From a virus: a DNA stretch of 64,000 bases. Each line of letters begins with the position of its first letter. Position 1 is the first letter of the stretch. Positions 9,907-20,053 of the stretch are shown piece after piece. The DNA is taken from positions 10,581 to 74,580 of the IMG/VR virus record IMGVR_UViG_3300032242_002477; one strand, given 5' to 3'. Below the pieces are notes generated by a model. The model saw only the letters and a list, made by a program, of their open reading frames with translations, searched no databases and was not told the DNA's origin. Both the position numbers and the translations under genes were made by a program.

Positions 9907-10349
9907 GGTGGAAGTTTTGGAAACGTAATCAACCCTTTAATTTTAAAGTATCTTCTGAAGAAATTCCCGTTAGTACCATTCTTCGTTGGTATTGTTACGA
10001 TTTAGACATTGAAGACACAAATAATTTAGTTACAGAATTTAATTTAATACCTGTAAGTGAAGAGGGCGAGGAACACGAAAGAAAAGAAAGTGATGAAAGA
10101 ATGAAAGAAGTTACTCAGTTTTTTCCCTTTTTTGACTTGATGTCGGAGATTAATTCAAGAGCTATCACAGCTTTACAATTAAAAGAATTGCCCACCGAAA
10201 TGCAAGAAGTTGGTCCAGAAGTTTTAGAACTTATGTACAAACATGTTTCATTATCAGCTTTAATATCTTCATTCTCAACTGCAATTGCATTAGGTTTAGT
10301 TCACTCAAATCCAACGTTAATAAATATGATGGAAGGAAAATATGAGTAA
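9903..10349 (+). CDS. Hypothetical protein
   Basis: ATGA overlap with the polA stop. Confidence 0.6.
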   Translation: MRWKFWKRNQPFNFKVSSEEIPVSTILRWYCYDLDIEDTNNLVTEFNLIPVSEEGEEHERKESDERMKEVTQFFPFFDLMSEINSRAITALQLKELPTEMQEVGPEVLELMYKHVSLSALISSFSTAIALGLVHSNPTLINMMEGKYE

Positions 10350-10722
10350 TAATTGGTGGGCCGCTAAATTGGGACAACCTCAAACACGACCGAGTAATAT
10401 TCCTCCCGCTCCCCCGTCCCAACAACCTATGACGCCAGTTACTATGCCTCAGCAATTAGATAGCACACTTCCGCCTAGTTCTCAAACATCTACTAAGTGC
10501 CCAGGATGTCGTGGAAATAATTATGCTTTGATTGGTACCCAAGTCACCATGAATGGCTCGGTTCCTACTTATCGTTGTTATGACTGCGGTTATCCATTAG
10601 TACAAGCTGGTAGTCAACATGGAGGAGCTTCTTCGGCACCGTCATCAGGTTCCGCCACTCCTGCTAAACAGGTTTCTACTGGCGGTTGGAATCCTACGAC
10701 GATTATTGGTAAGCTAGGATAA
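10342..10722 (+). CDS. Zinc-ribbon protein with Pro/Gln-rich N-terminus
   Basis: CPGC...CYDCGYP. Confidence 0.6.
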   Translation: MSNNWWAAKLGQPQTRPSNIPPAPPSQQPMTPVTMPQQLDSTLPPSSQTSTKCPGCRGNNYALIGTQVTMNGSVPTYRCYDCGYPLVQAGSQHGGASSAPSSGSATPAKQVSTGGWNPTTIIGKLG

Positions 10723-11792
10723 TGAAAACAATGAATCCAGATTTAGCAAAAGTACTTAACATAATTAATAAAAAATTTGGCGTGGATACTGTTGTACAAG
10801 GCGACCAAATTCGTGATGGGTTAATTGGTCGCGTTCCCACTGGTTCTTTAGGACTAGACGTAATTTTAGGTGGAGGATGGCCTACTAATCAATGGCATGA
10901 AATTATCGGTGAAGCCAGTAATGGAAAGACAGCTATCGCTTTAAAAACCGTAGCTGCTAATCAACAACGTGACCCTGAGTTCACTACTGTGTGGGTTGCT
11001 GCCGAACAATGGGTCCCCTCATACGCAGAACTTTGCGGAGTTGACCTTTCTCGAGTATACGTAATTTCTACAAATGTAATGGAAGAGGCTTATGAAGCAG
11101 TTATTCAAATCACAAACAGCAAAGCTGTTGATTGTATTGTTATTGATTCCCTCCCTGCTCTGGTACCTAGTTCAGAAGACGAAAAAGAAATGGAAGAGTC
11201 AACCGTAGGTCGTTCGGCTTTATTGACAAACAAATTTTTTCGTAAAGTTGGTAAGGCTTCAAAGCGTTCCCTAACCGAAGAAGAACGCCCGTTTATCGGT
11301 CTTATGATTAATCAATGGCGTTCTAAAATTGGAGTTCAATACGGTGACCCACGCACTACTCCAGGCGGTTTGGGAAAAGATTATGCTTTTTTTACCCGCC
11401 TAGAGGTCAAACGCGATGACTGGGTTGAGGTTGGAAAAGGCGATTATAAGCGTCGTATAGGCCAAACTATCAAGATTCGCACATTAAAAAACAAATCCGC
11501 TCCTCCATCTCAGGTAGCCTACGTAGACTTTTACTTTGCTGATGGTGGGTTGGCCCTTCCTGGTGAGTATGACTTCGCAAAAGAAATCGTAGCTCTTGGT
11601 ATACTTAACAAGGTAATTACTCGAGCTGGAGCGTACTACCGTTACTCCGAACGCCAATGGCAAGGAGCAGACGCGTTAGTGGTCTCAATTCGAGAAGAAA
11701 TTGACCTCAAGGAAGCACTGGAGAAGGAAGTTCTTGAGACCGTTAAAGCTGGTTCTAAGTACGTTGTAGAACCTATCGACGATGCGGAGTAA
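10722..11792 (+). CDS. recA: RecA-family recombinase
   Basis: PTGSLGLDVILGGG, GEASNGKT, IVIDSLPALVP, INQWR, YGDPRTTPGG, KNKSAPP motifs. Confidence 0.95.
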   Translation: MKTMNPDLAKVLNIINKKFGVDTVVQGDQIRDGLIGRVPTGSLGLDVILGGGWPTNQWHEIIGEASNGKTAIALKTVAANQQRDPEFTTVWVAAEQWVPSYAELCGVDLSRVYVISTNVMEEAYEAVIQITNSKAVDCIVIDSLPALVPSSEDEKEMEESTVGRSALLTNKFFRKVGKASKRSLTEEERPFIGLMINQWRSKIGVQYGDPRTTPGGLGKDYAFFTRLEVKRDDWVEVGKGDYKRRIGQTIKIRTLKNKSAPPSQVAYVDFYFADGGLALPGEYDFAKEIVALGILNKVITRAGAYYRYSERQWQGADALVVSIREEIDLKEALEKEVLETVKAGSKYVVEPIDDAE

Positions 11793-12120
11793 AGGACAAA
11801 AAGAATCAAGGAAGCACGAGGATAGACTTGCAAAAGCTATTGGTGGTAAGCGCAATGCTGCCAGCGGTGCCTTTTGGAGTCGAAAAGGCGATGTTCGTTC
11901 AGACGATTTGCTCATAGAGCATAAGTGGACGGGCAAGCTATCCGTATCCGTTAAGGCTGCGGTTCTAGAAAAGATTGTCAAAGAAGCAATTCTTGACAGT
12001 CGAATGCCCGTCCTCGGGTTTCATCTTAACGGTGAAAATTACGTATTGTTACAAGAGGATGACTTTCTGGAGCTGCGTCACTATCTCCAGGAGTGCACTT
12101 GTACGAAGACGAAGGTGTAG
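11782..12120 (+). CDS. PD-(D/E)xK nuclease, Holliday-junction-resolvase-like
   Basis: HE..LA, SGA..KGDV, LLIEHK motifs. Confidence 0.7.
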   Translation: MRSKGQKESRKHEDRLAKAIGGKRNAASGAFWSRKGDVRSDDLLIEHKWTGKLSVSVKAAVLEKIVKEAILDSRMPVLGFHLNGENYVLLQEDDFLELRHYLQECTCTKTKV

Positions 12121-12413
12121 AAAAATGGCGTTACGACGCTAAATGTTCAGGTATGGATACCGAACTTTGGTTTCCTCCGCGTGATAAAGACTTATATAAA
12201 CCCATTGCTGATAGAGCTAAGGCGATTTGCTTTGGCAGGGATGGTCTGGAAGAATGTCCAGTAAGGTTGCAGTGTTTGTTGTACGCTGAAAGCAACAACG
12301 AACAGCACGGTATCTGGGGCGGGCTATCGCATCGTGAAAGAAACGCGTTAAAAAGAAAAGCTGAAAAAAACGGTTCAACATTAGAAGAATGGGTATTAGC
12401 TGGTAAAAAATGA
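12099..12413 (+). CDS. whiB: WhiB-family transcription factor
   Basis: AKC..D.ELWFP, AKAIC, CPVRLQCL.YA, GIWGG signature. Confidence 0.9.
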   Translation: MYEDEGVEKWRYDAKCSGMDTELWFPPRDKDLYKPIADRAKAICFGRDGLEECPVRLQCLLYAESNNEQHGIWGGLSHRERNALKRKAEKNGSTLEEWVLAGKK

Positions 12414-13273
12414 AATATAAACCAACGGGAGATTTAAAAAAGTTAGTTGATTTAGGAAAATCTAATTCACGCGTCCTAGCTTCAGTAGAGCGGTTTGTTA
12501 TATCAAAGCCACAAGAGAATGACCGACGCACAGATGTGCTTCATCCTTCCGCTATGGCTAAAGCTGATTGGTGCCATCGTGCGTCCTTCTTCGAGTTAAC
12601 TGGTCGTAAACCTGCTCCGTCTAAATACGGTCGCAGTCTTCGCATGGATAACGTATTTCAAAACGGTCACGATATGCACGCTCGTTGGCAAAATTATTTT
12701 GGCGAAATGAATCGTTTATACGGTATTTGGGAGTGCACAGGGTGTGGTCTACGTGAGTGGGGTCTGCGTACAGATATCCATGTTTGCAATGATTTGCCCC
12801 CAGTCTATAGAGAAGTTGCGCTTAAATATGAACCCCTAAGAATCCACGGTCACGCGGATGGTTGGTTAAAGGGTTTTGGAGACCCACTCCTTTTAGAGCT
12901 AAAGTCTGTAGGCGCAGGAACCGCTCGTTTTGAAGACCCAGATTTATTTTATAAACATGACGGCAACCCCACCAAGATTTGGGATAACATTAAAAACCCA
13001 TTTTATAGCCACATCCAACAAGCTCAGATTTATATGAAGCTTATGGAGCTGTTAGAACTATCAGATGCTCCGCAAGAAGCCATTTTTATCTACGAGAACA
13101 AAGGCACTCAAGAAGCTAAAGAATTTATTATGGCTAAGAGTGATTTTAGTATCGCCCCCATTTTTGAAGCCGCTCAGATGATTATTGACGCAATTGGCGT
13201 TGACAGCCCTCCTATGTGTAATATTAACGGTATCGCTGGATGTGCCCAGTGCAGTTATCACACGGAGGATTAA
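12410..13273 (+). CDS. Cas4-like PD-(D/E)xK exonuclease
   Basis: HPS..WC, GHADG, LELKS, QAQIYM, C-terminal C..C..C cluster. Confidence 0.75.
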   Translation: MKYKPTGDLKKLVDLGKSNSRVLASVERFVISKPQENDRRTDVLHPSAMAKADWCHRASFFELTGRKPAPSKYGRSLRMDNVFQNGHDMHARWQNYFGEMNRLYGIWECTGCGLREWGLRTDIHVCNDLPPVYREVALKYEPLRIHGHADGWLKGFGDPLLLELKSVGAGTARFEDPDLFYKHDGNPTKIWDNIKNPFYSHIQQAQIYMKLMELLELSDAPQEAIFIYENKGTQEAKEFIMAKSDFSIAPIFEAAQMIIDAIGVDSPPMCNINGIAGCAQCSYHTED

Positions 13274-13780
13274 GTGAGTAAGATGGAAATCAGCGTAGGA
13301 GAAAGCAAATCAACTATTGATTCTATGCACTCCCAAGGACTTACTCTGCGTACCAGTATGCAGATTGATACTCCTCAACTTCCTGCAGATATTACCGAGC
13401 TTGGAGACGAGCAGTTAATGGGGTTATTTTCCCAACTAACTGCCTATAACAACTTTCTATCTACCCAGTTAGCTTGTGCTTTTATTGATGAGCGCGACGT
13501 TGAGCGCGAACTAGACACCCACGAAAGCATCGCCTTTTTGCAATTTTATGATGCAAAAAAGACCAAAGATACTATGAGCTTGTTAAAAGCTCAGGTGTCA
13601 ACCGACCCTAAAGTTAAGCACCTTAAAGAGATGCATTCGGCCCGCTACAACTACCGTAAATTAATTGAAGTAATGGTAGATAATGTAGAGCGGGATACCG
13701 CACTAGTATCCCGAGAGTTAACTCGCAGAACCTCTGGTGCAAGTGCAAGCCGATATCGTGGGGAGCGCATGGTTCCGTGA
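13274..13780 (+). CDS. Hypothetical coiled-coil protein, possibly a recombination mediator
   Basis: Helical ORF between nucleases; SRELTRR near the C-terminus. Confidence 0.5.
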   Translation: MSKMEISVGESKSTIDSMHSQGLTLRTSMQIDTPQLPADITELGDEQLMGLFSQLTAYNNFLSTQLACAFIDERDVERELDTHESIAFLQFYDAKKTKDTMSLLKAQVSTDPKVKHLKEMHSARYNYRKLIEVMVDNVERDTALVSRELTRRTSGASASRYRGERMVP

Positions 13781-14349
13781 AAGTTAAAACCTTTGGTCCT
13801 GGCCTAACCCCAGGTAGCAAGTGTTATCTTGGAATCGACCAGTCTTATAGCGGGTTTGCTACAACTTATTTAGCTGAAGACAATTCGTATGTAACAATTG
13901 TTAGAAAATTTGAAGGCGTTGGAATCTCCAGATTAGCGGAGGTTTATAAGACATTAAATATGGAGATTGACCATTTATTTGACGAGTACCAATGTACCGT
14001 AGAGGACGCGGCAATAGAGGGATACGCTTTTGGTAGCCAAATGGCTAATATGGCGGGAGAACTTGGGGCTATCACAAAATTAGCTTTATATAATCGTTTT
14101 GATAATAACGCCAAGTATCCTCTTATTGTACCCCCTACTAATTTAAAAAAATATGTTGCAGGTAAAGGTACTGGTGTTGCAAAAAGCCAAATGCTACTGC
14201 ATGTTTTTAAAAATTGGGGCGCCGAATTTTCTGATGACAACGCCGCTGATTCATTTGGTTTGGCTCACCTAGTGGCTAAAAAATATAAAAAAGCAGTAGA
14301 AAAAGAAGTATACGAAAAACTACAAGACCCTAAGTTTAGGGAGGGATAG
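13777..14349 (+). CDS. ruvC: RuvC-like resolvase
   Basis: LGIDQS, AIEGY, ELGA, VPPTNLKKYVAGKG, DNAADS motifs. Confidence 0.85.
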   Translation: MKVKTFGPGLTPGSKCYLGIDQSYSGFATTYLAEDNSYVTIVRKFEGVGISRLAEVYKTLNMEIDHLFDEYQCTVEDAAIEGYAFGSQMANMAGELGAITKLALYNRFDNNAKYPLIVPPTNLKKYVAGKGTGVAKSQMLLHVFKNWGAEFSDDNAADSFGLAHLVAKKYKKAVEKEVYEKLQDPKFREG

Positions 14350-14897
14350 TGACTACAATCGTAGCTGTTCAATATAAAGATAAATGCGTAATAGGTGCTG
14401 ATAACCAGGTAACTGATGGTACTGGTCGCATTTACCGTCATTCCGATATGTTAAAGATTAGTAAACGAGGTTCTTTTTTAATTGCGGGTAGTGGTGAGGT
14501 TCAGCCTTGTGATATAGCCCAACATATTTGGAAGCCGCCAGTTCCAACAGCTGCTGATAAAAAAGACGTATATCATTTTGTAATTACTAAAGCAATGCCT
14601 TCATTAAGAGAAGTTCTAAAAACTAACGGGTATAACTTTGATGAGTCAAATGATAAGTCAGAATCTACTGTTCGTTTTAATTTCCTTATTGCGGTATGTG
14701 GAGAGCTTTTTGATATTTCAGAGGATTTATCCGTATGCCGAACCGATATGGGGTTTTATGGGGTAGGAAATGGTGCTCCGTATGCTTTAGGAGCTCTTAA
14801 AGCTGGAGTTTCTATTAAAAAAGCATTAGAAATTGCTTCCTCATTTGATGCTTACACTTCAGGACCGTTCATTCAAATCGAACAGTTTAAGGATTAA
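14349..14897 (+). CDS. Proteasome-beta/HslV-like Ntn-hydrolase
   Basis: N-terminal TTIVAV..VIGAD..VT, KI, IAGSG, GNGAPYALGAL, DAYTSG motifs. Confidence 0.8.
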   Translation: MTTIVAVQYKDKCVIGADNQVTDGTGRIYRHSDMLKISKRGSFLIAGSGEVQPCDIAQHIWKPPVPTAADKKDVYHFVITKAMPSLREVLKTNGYNFDESNDKSESTVRFNFLIAVCGELFDISEDLSVCRTDMGFYGVGNGAPYALGALKAGVSIKKALEIASSFDAYTSGPFIQIEQFKD

Positions 14898-14900
14898 ATT

Positions 14901-15068
14901 ATGCCGATATATGATTTTAAATGCGATAAGTGCGAGTCAGTTGTAGAGATGCACATGGTGCATGATTCTACTATTGCCCCTATATGTAACCAATGTAGCG
15001 GAACTATGTCTAAAAATTGGACGCCCCCAGCTATAATTTTTCGCGGCGGAGGGTGGGGCGGCCAATGA
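14901..15068 (+). CDS. FmdB-family zinc-ribbon protein
   Basis: MPIYDFKCDKC...CNQC...IIFRGGGW. Confidence 0.8.
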   Translation: MPIYDFKCDKCESVVEMHMVHDSTIAPICNQCSGTMSKNWTPPAIIFRGGGWGGQ

Positions 15069-15310
15069 GTAAAACGCAAGAGAAAAGAGCCCATCGTTTG
15101 AATGAACAACAAGAATTTATTAAAGCTCGCAGAATAATGCAGTTAAATATATTTAAACAAAACTTTGAAGCTGGTTTGACGGTGTACGAAAACAGCAAGG
15201 ACAAGCTAAGCACAGAAGATATAACCCTTATTGAAGCTGAAATTGAACGAAATAAAGCTCTTATTGAGCAGCTACAGGCTGAGGTAAATGGCTTCAATAC
15301 GGGAAATTAA
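15065..15310 (+). CDS. Hypothetical coiled-coil protein
   Basis: ATGA overlap with the upstream gene. Confidence 0.55.
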   Translation: MSKTQEKRAHRLNEQQEFIKARRIMQLNIFKQNFEAGLTVYENSKDKLSTEDITLIEAEIERNKALIEQLQAEVNGFNTGN

Positions 15311-15506
15311 GCCTGATTACACAGGCAGCATGGATTATGAAAACACGATATGCCATGAGTGCCCCCACTGCGGGTCCAATCTTTGGAACCTCAAGGTTTC
15401 TTTTGCAGACTATGAAATAGCTCAATATTTATTGCCCATGGAGTGTGCTATTTGTGGAACATATGCCACTGCACCTACACCTTTAGACAGATTAAACGCC
15501 GACTAA
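15288..15506 (+). CDS. Small zinc-binding protein
   Basis: CPHCG...ECAICG..ATAPTP. Confidence 0.6.
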   Translation: MASIREIKPDYTGSMDYENTICHECPHCGSNLWNLKVSFADYEIAQYLLPMECAICGTYATAPTPLDRLNAD

Positions 15507-15560
15507 CCTTCATAATATTTACCACGGGAACACTACTAATAGTAAACCGAGGTACAATAT

Positions 15561-15842
15561 ATGTCAGAGATAAACAGTGAAGAAAACATTTTACGCGTTA
15601 GCGCTGGGTCTAACCCCCAATCCTTAGCGTCTGCAATTGCCCATGCAATTTATGAGGCTCGCACGTGTAAAGTTAGAGCGGTAGGCGCTGGGGCTGTAAA
15701 TCAGGCTGTAAAGGCAATAGCAATTGCACGCGGTTATACCGCTCCACGAGGTATAGATTTGGTCTGTATTCCTGGATTTGCATCTATTGAGTCCCATGAC
15801 GGTCAAATTTCAGCCATCGTATTTGTTGTAAACGCAAGTTAA
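15561..15842 (+). CDS. spoVS: SpoVS-family protein
   Basis: LRVSAGSNPQSLASAIA, AVGAGAVNQAVKAIAIARG, IPGF: a near-textbook SpoVS signature. Confidence 0.9.
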   Translation: MSEINSEENILRVSAGSNPQSLASAIAHAIYEARTCKVRAVGAGAVNQAVKAIAIARGYTAPRGIDLVCIPGFASIESHDGQISAIVFVVNAS

Positions 15843-15902
15843 GGCAGACATACAGCCTTAATAAGCCTATTCTTAATTAAACCTTAGGCCAAAGGAAACC
15901 AA

Positions 15903-16235
15903 ATGATAGATAAGAACCCAAAGCCAATTGCTCCTGTCTCAGACAAACCAGCAAATGCTTCAGGTATGAAAGTAACAGACGTTTCATCCGCACCATCTAA
16001 AAATACAAAGTTAATGCCCAAAAAGAACGTAGCAGCAGGAAATCCAACTTTAGAAGCAAAGCCTTCTCGCAAGATGGAGCGTGCAGGTGCTTCTTATGGT
16101 ATTCGCGTAAGCATGCCCGCTCATCAGGCTCCCGAAGCTGGGTTGACCCAAGCTAACGGACGCCTTTTTACGGCTTCGATTAACCGTTCTCGTCCTAATT
16201 TTCAGGACGCGGTTAACGAGTCTGTGTCCCGCTAA
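15903..16235 (+). CDS. Hypothetical protein
   Basis: ORF with RBS, followed by a terminator. Confidence 0.6.
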   Translation: MIDKNPKPIAPVSDKPANASGMKVTDVSSAPSKNTKLMPKKNVAAGNPTLEAKPSRKMERAGASYGIRVSMPAHQAPEAGLTQANGRLFTASINRSRPNFQDAVNESVSR

Positions 16236-16250
16236 CCACACAGACACTGC

Positions 16251-16295
16251 GCCCCTCACCTAGAGCCTTTTTATCTAGCTGAGGGGCTTTTTTTT
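16251..16295 (+). terminator. Intrinsic terminator
   Basis: GCCCCTCA...TGAGGGGC stem plus T8. Confidence 0.8.
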
Positions 16296-16350
16296 GAAAT
16301 TACAAGTTTGTATGTTATTCTTGCAGCGTCTACAGTCGAGAGGAAAATTG

Positions 16351-16587
16351 ATGCTGGAAGTATTAAATAAGCACCTAAAAGGCAATCATTCAGTGTGCTC
16401 AGTAGCATTGTGGATGTCTTCACTAGATAAAGAAGAACAAGAAGCTTTTATACTTTTAAGAGATAATAGCGAAAAAGTAAATGTATCAGAACTATATGGA
16501 GATTTAGCAGATACTACCGACCTTCCATTTAAAACAACCACATTCCGCGCACATTTAAGAGGTTATTGCGTATGTCCGAAAAACTAG
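16351..16587 (+). CDS. Small hypothetical protein (C-terminal H..G.C.C motif)
   Basis: Directly precedes the phosphoesterase. Confidence 0.55.
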   Translation: MLEVLNKHLKGNHSVCSVALWMSSLDKEEQEAFILLRDNSEKVNVSELYGDLADTTDLPFKTTTFRAHLRGYCVCPKN

Positions 16588-17597
16588 ACATTTTAAATAT
16601 TATTAATAACGCTATTAATAAACCTATTGCTCCTGATGGGTGGTTATGGCCACCTATTCAACAAGCAAAACCAACTATTATTAAACCTTATGAAAAAACG
16701 GGCCCTTCTAAATCCAAACATGATTACAATTTGGTTGTTTTTGTACCTGACCCACAAATTGGGTATCGTAAATATGAAGATGGTACATTAGACCCGTTTC
16801 ATGATGAAGCAGCGATTGATGTGCATTTTCAAATACTTCGTTACTTAGAAGATGAGTACGGCGTAGATAAAATTATTCATTTAGGAGATTATTTAGACTT
16901 GCCAACTATGGGTAAGTATGCACAAGAAGAAATGTTTGCCCACACAGTGCAGCCTGCTTTAGACTATGGTCATAAATTATTAGCACAGCAACGCGCTACT
17001 TGCCCAAATGCTAAAATTATATTATTAGAAGGTAATCACGACTGTCGAATGCAACGCTATGTTATAGCAAATGCAATGGCGTCAAAAGGAATTAAACGCG
17101 CAGGAGCAACGCCAGAAGATTGGCCCGTTATGTCCTTGCCGTATCTATTACGTTTGGAGGAATTAAATGTGGAGTATGTGGGAGCTTACCCTGCAGGAGA
17201 GTATTGGCTCACCAAAAGCTTACGAGCAATTCATGGAACCACGGTTCGCTCAAATGGTTCGACAGCATCAGCTTATGTCAACAAAAACCCCCACATCTCG
17301 ACAGTCTTCGGACACGCCCATCGACAAGAACTACAGTACAAAACTGTAGCAAATCAGGACGGACCTATTCGTAGTGTTTCAGCTAGTCCAGGGTGCCTAT
17401 GCCGAATAGATGGTGCAGTTCCTTCTTATGGGGGAGGCGTAAATGACCAAGGACGTCCAGTAAAACATTGGGAAGATTGGCAACAGGGAATTATGATTGG
17501 TTGGATTCGAGATGATGGACACTTTACTCTACAACCAATTCATATTATGGATGGTTGGGCAGTTCATGAAGGTGTAGAGTTTAAGGCTGGAGAATAG
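16572..17597 (+). CDS. Calcineurin-like metallophosphoesterase
   Basis: PDPQIG, LGDYLD, EGNHD, IHG, FGHAHR motifs. Confidence 0.88.
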   Translation: MSEKLDILNIINNAINKPIAPDGWLWPPIQQAKPTIIKPYEKTGPSKSKHDYNLVVFVPDPQIGYRKYEDGTLDPFHDEAAIDVHFQILRYLEDEYGVDKIIHLGDYLDLPTMGKYAQEEMFAHTVQPALDYGHKLLAQQRATCPNAKIILLEGNHDCRMQRYVIANAMASKGIKRAGATPEDWPVMSLPYLLRLEELNVEYVGAYPAGEYWLTKSLRAIHGTTVRSNGSTASAYVNKNPHISTVFGHAHRQELQYKTVANQDGPIRSVSASPGCLCRIDGAVPSYGGGVNDQGRPVKHWEDWQQGIMIGWIRDDGHFTLQPIHIMDGWAVHEGVEFKAGE

Positions 17598-17621
17598 CTA
17601 AATAGGCGTACCATATATGGT

Positions 17622-18161
17622 ATGCCTAGTACACATCAAAATATTCAGTACCTTGGTGCTGGAGGCATGTCTGGAACTTACACCAATTACGGCGGTGGCG
17701 GCACCCCAGTAGCGCGTTCTGAACTTGACTTCCTTCGTATTGGTACAGGACGAGAGCCTTCTGCGGAGTATCCAGATGGTTATCTTGGAACAATTCGTAC
17801 ACGACGAGATGATAAAGGTCGTCCAAATAGTGTATCTGAGCAGGTACTTGATGGGTTAAAGGTACGTGCAGGTCAACGTTCATACCAACGCGGCGTTCAT
17901 CGCGGTGAGCGTATTGACCCCTCTGATTATTATTATCCAGGTGGATTAGAAGCCGACCGCGGAATTAGGCGGCAGATGCGCGGCGTTATTAACGGTACTA
18001 CTGTTATGGTTAAACGCAATTCTGATAAAGCAACACTCGCACCCGCACCTCATTTACCAAACGATGGAAAAGCTGGCCCCAACGTTCGCAGTGATTCACC
18101 GATGGTAGTTAATAAGCGCCGTGTAGACCAGTTCTCACGCATGAGACCAGCCTGGAGTTAA
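17622..18161 (+). CDS. Hypothetical protein
   Basis: 179 aa ORF; TACCAT ends 7 nt before the ATG, suggesting a leaderless mRNA. Confidence 0.6.
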   Translation: MPSTHQNIQYLGAGGMSGTYTNYGGGGTPVARSELDFLRIGTGREPSAEYPDGYLGTIRTRRDDKGRPNSVSEQVLDGLKVRAGQRSYQRGVHRGERIDPSDYYYPGGLEADRGIRRQMRGVINGTTVMVKRNSDKATLAPAPHLPNDGKAGPNVRSDSPMVVNKRRVDQFSRMRPAWS

Positions 18162-18350
18162 TATGTCAGATAACATGCCAACTTGGGACGACGAAGAGCC
18201 AGAATCTCCAAGAGATAGAGCTAAGGACGAGCGTCGTCGATACAGCCATTTGACTTGGAAATACCTAACTGAACCAGGCGGAGTAAGACCAGGAGACGAA
18301 GATTCTCACGGTCACCGTTTTGGTGAGTGGGACCCTGAGAGGTACTAACT

Positions 18351-18677
18351 ATGGGACTTACTAGGTCTGTTTATCATGTAGGTAAAGCTGTAGCAAAGGG
18401 CGGGGGCGCCTCAGAAATTGCTAGAGGTCTTGTTGTTGGAATGCTTCCTCCAGTAATCGGTACGGTTGTAAATGGCCTTGCTTCAGACGCAAATATTTCT
18501 AGAGTGGCTACAGGTATTAGAAATGTAGCTGACCGCGGTAGACGCTCAACATTTCATTCTGAAACTGGCCTGCCTCAGGCTCCAAGTACAGTTGATGATG
18601 CCCCAATTTCCAGACCAACTTCAGGTTTTGAATTAACAGCTACAGGTCGTAACCCTTATACGGGTGAGCGTGAGTGA
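18351..18677 (+). CDS. Hypothetical protein
   Basis: Member of a tightly packed operon. Confidence 0.5.
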   Translation: MGLTRSVYHVGKAVAKGGGASEIARGLVVGMLPPVIGTVVNGLASDANISRVATGIRNVADRGRRSTFHSETGLPQAPSTVDDAPISRPTSGFELTATGRNPYTGERE

Positions 18678-19078
18678 TACCCAATCAAAGCCAACTTGAT
18701 AAATGGCGTCAACCTGAGCTGAGCACAGAAGTTCATCGCGGAATTAAACTTAATAGTAGAAACAACTACACCGTAAGTCCTAATTTAGGTACGCATTGGA
18801 GCACTAATCCCGAGATGGCAGCTTTATTTTCAGGTTTAGAGCGCAATGCTCACGACAGTATAGTTTTTCACGGCGAAGTTCCCATCAGCTCAGTAGAAGG
18901 TGACAAAAATATACTTAAAGAAAACGGCGTAAGAAATTTTGATACGTCAGAAAAAGAAGTACCAGTCAAACAAGGGTCACCCGTAAAAGTGACGGGTATA
19001 AGTAAATTTAGAGATGTAAACGGTATAATTAAAGAACGTAAACGTAGTTACAATCCCCCAAGGGAGATGAAAGCATAA
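18674..19078 (+). CDS. Putative ADP-ribosyltransferase-like protein (paralog of 45904-46320)
   Basis: VHRG / HWST / EKEV in R-S-E order; C-terminus YNPPREMKA. Confidence 0.55.
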   Translation: MIPNQSQLDKWRQPELSTEVHRGIKLNSRNNYTVSPNLGTHWSTNPEMAALFSGLERNAHDSIVFHGEVPISSVEGDKNILKENGVRNFDTSEKEVPVKQGSPVKVTGISKFRDVNGIIKERKRSYNPPREMKA

Positions 19079-19437
19079 TGGCAGGTAAATATGCAGACGG
19101 AGTATACAGTCGTCATCCTTGGACTGCCCCTGCTGAAGCGGCGTATCCTCCGCAGGAATATATAGGTCCGTTTCAAAGTAACCAGGAACGTATGATTAGC
19201 CAAGCCATAGCGGTAGGCACTATGACAAGCGAAGAGATTCAAGAATATGTTCGTCCAAACCTTCCACAAATACAATTATTTCCAGAAAAGTTTGGGTATC
19301 CCACGACAGAAGTGGGAATTGAAGATATTGTAGAGCTACGTGGACGCCCTGCAGCTCAACGTGTGGAATCAGACTTCTCGCAGAAGCCTAACTCACAGCA
19401 ATCAAGCAGCCGAAATACCTTAGGAGATTCAATTTAA
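19078..19437 (+). CDS. Hypothetical protein
   Basis: TAATG coupling with neighbouring genes. Confidence 0.6.
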   Translation: MAGKYADGVYSRHPWTAPAEAAYPPQEYIGPFQSNQERMISQAIAVGTMTSEEIQEYVRPNLPQIQLFPEKFGYPTTEVGIEDIVELRGRPAAQRVESDFSQKPNSQQSSSRNTLGDSI

Positions 19438-19670
19438 TGGCATACGACCCAGGTTTATTGACCGACTCCACAGGCGAAGGCATGGCTGGAGCGGAAGATG
19501 TGTCCTTAGAAACGCAACAAAAATTGAAAGAAACGTACTACAATGGGTCTAAGCCTTGCATCAGTTGCGGGCTAACCTTGAACCCAGTTCAGGCATTAAC
19601 TTCGGAGCACTGCCCAAGCTGTGCCCGTAAAAAGAAAGTTAATTTAGTAAAGAATAGGATGGCACAATGA
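19437..19670 (+). CDS. Small zinc-finger protein
   Basis: CISCG...CPSC. Confidence 0.6.
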   Translation: MAYDPGLLTDSTGEGMAGAEDVSLETQQKLKETYYNGSKPCISCGLTLNPVQALTSEHCPSCARKKKVNLVKNRMAQ

Positions 19671-19876
19671 CAGTTCGCCACGCACGTTCAGAGAACACCT
19701 CACTTGAAGAGGGCGCAACAGACGGTAAGTATCGTAAGCGTCGTCCTAACACAGAGGTAGCGACAGGACAAGGCGACCAGTTGGTCGTTAAGAACCGCGC
19801 AGACCTTCACCCATACTTCAACTATGGCTTCATCAATTCTGAAGAGCCAAGCATGGTAAATCCAGCAGGTAACTAA
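19667..19876 (+). CDS. Hypothetical protein
   Basis: ATGA-coupled ORF. Confidence 0.55.
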   Translation: MTVRHARSENTSLEEGATDGKYRKRRPNTEVATGQGDQLVVKNRADLHPYFNYGFINSEEPSMVNPAGN

Positions 19877-20053
19877 TGAAACTACCGCACCGTAGAGAAA
19901 AAGACGAAACCCGCGTCTTACAAAATATGGGAAAAGCCCTAGGGTGGGAGCGTTCTGACAATAACCCACGCATTACCTACCAACAAACAAGTCCCAATAC
20001 TAAGAAGGCTGTTATTACTGCAAAGCCTCACGTTAACATGGTAAGAGAAGAAG

